The position numbers and the translations under genes are program-made. From the human T2T-CHM13v2.0 reference genome, Homo sapiens: DNA of 64,000 nt. Below the pieces are notes generated by a model. It saw only the letters and a list, made by a program, of their open reading frames with translations. It had not been told where the DNA came from and made no database searches. How positions within the stretch are numbered: the stretch's first letter is position 1; each line of letters opens with the position of its first letter. Below, piece after piece: positions 63,961 through 64,000 of this stretch. The stretch lies in assembly GCF_009914755.1 (NCBI RefSeq), contig NC_060945.1; one strand, written 5' to 3'.

Positions 63961-64000
63961 TTATGATATTTCCACAATACATACATTGGCATGCCGTGGT

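Overview
Primate (human-like) genomic DNA that is AT-rich and dominated by repeats. I found no intact protein-coding gene, CpG island or RNA gene. The window is a mosaic of duplicated pieces. (1) An unprocessed, decayed GTF2I (TFII-I) pseudogene on the minus strand (copy A, about 4.0-27.9 kb), with six recognisable exons. (2) A near full-length old LINE-1 (28-37 kb) carrying a nested young L1PA and several Alus, followed by a second young L1PA inserted into an Alu. (3) A single-exon vomeronasal type-1 receptor (V1R/VN1R) pseudogene on the plus strand (40.4-41.6 kb), broken only by an AluY insertion and a poly-T frameshift. (4) A second, rearranged GTF2I fragment (copy B, 53.3-56.5 kb) in which an exon-11-like segment lies upstream of an intact exon-2 copy. 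(5) An Alu-free unique block (56.5-64 kb) ending in a solo LTR6-type LTR. A GTF2I pseudogene beside a VN1R pseudogene is reminiscent of human pericentromeric segmental duplications, but that is recollection and the exact paralog cannot be fixed from the sequence. Exon numbers, reference exon sizes and repeat subfamily names come from memory of GTF2I and repeat consensus sequences and need confirming. I see no evidence of a new biological system; the interesting signals are rearrangement history and near-intact pseudogene remnants.
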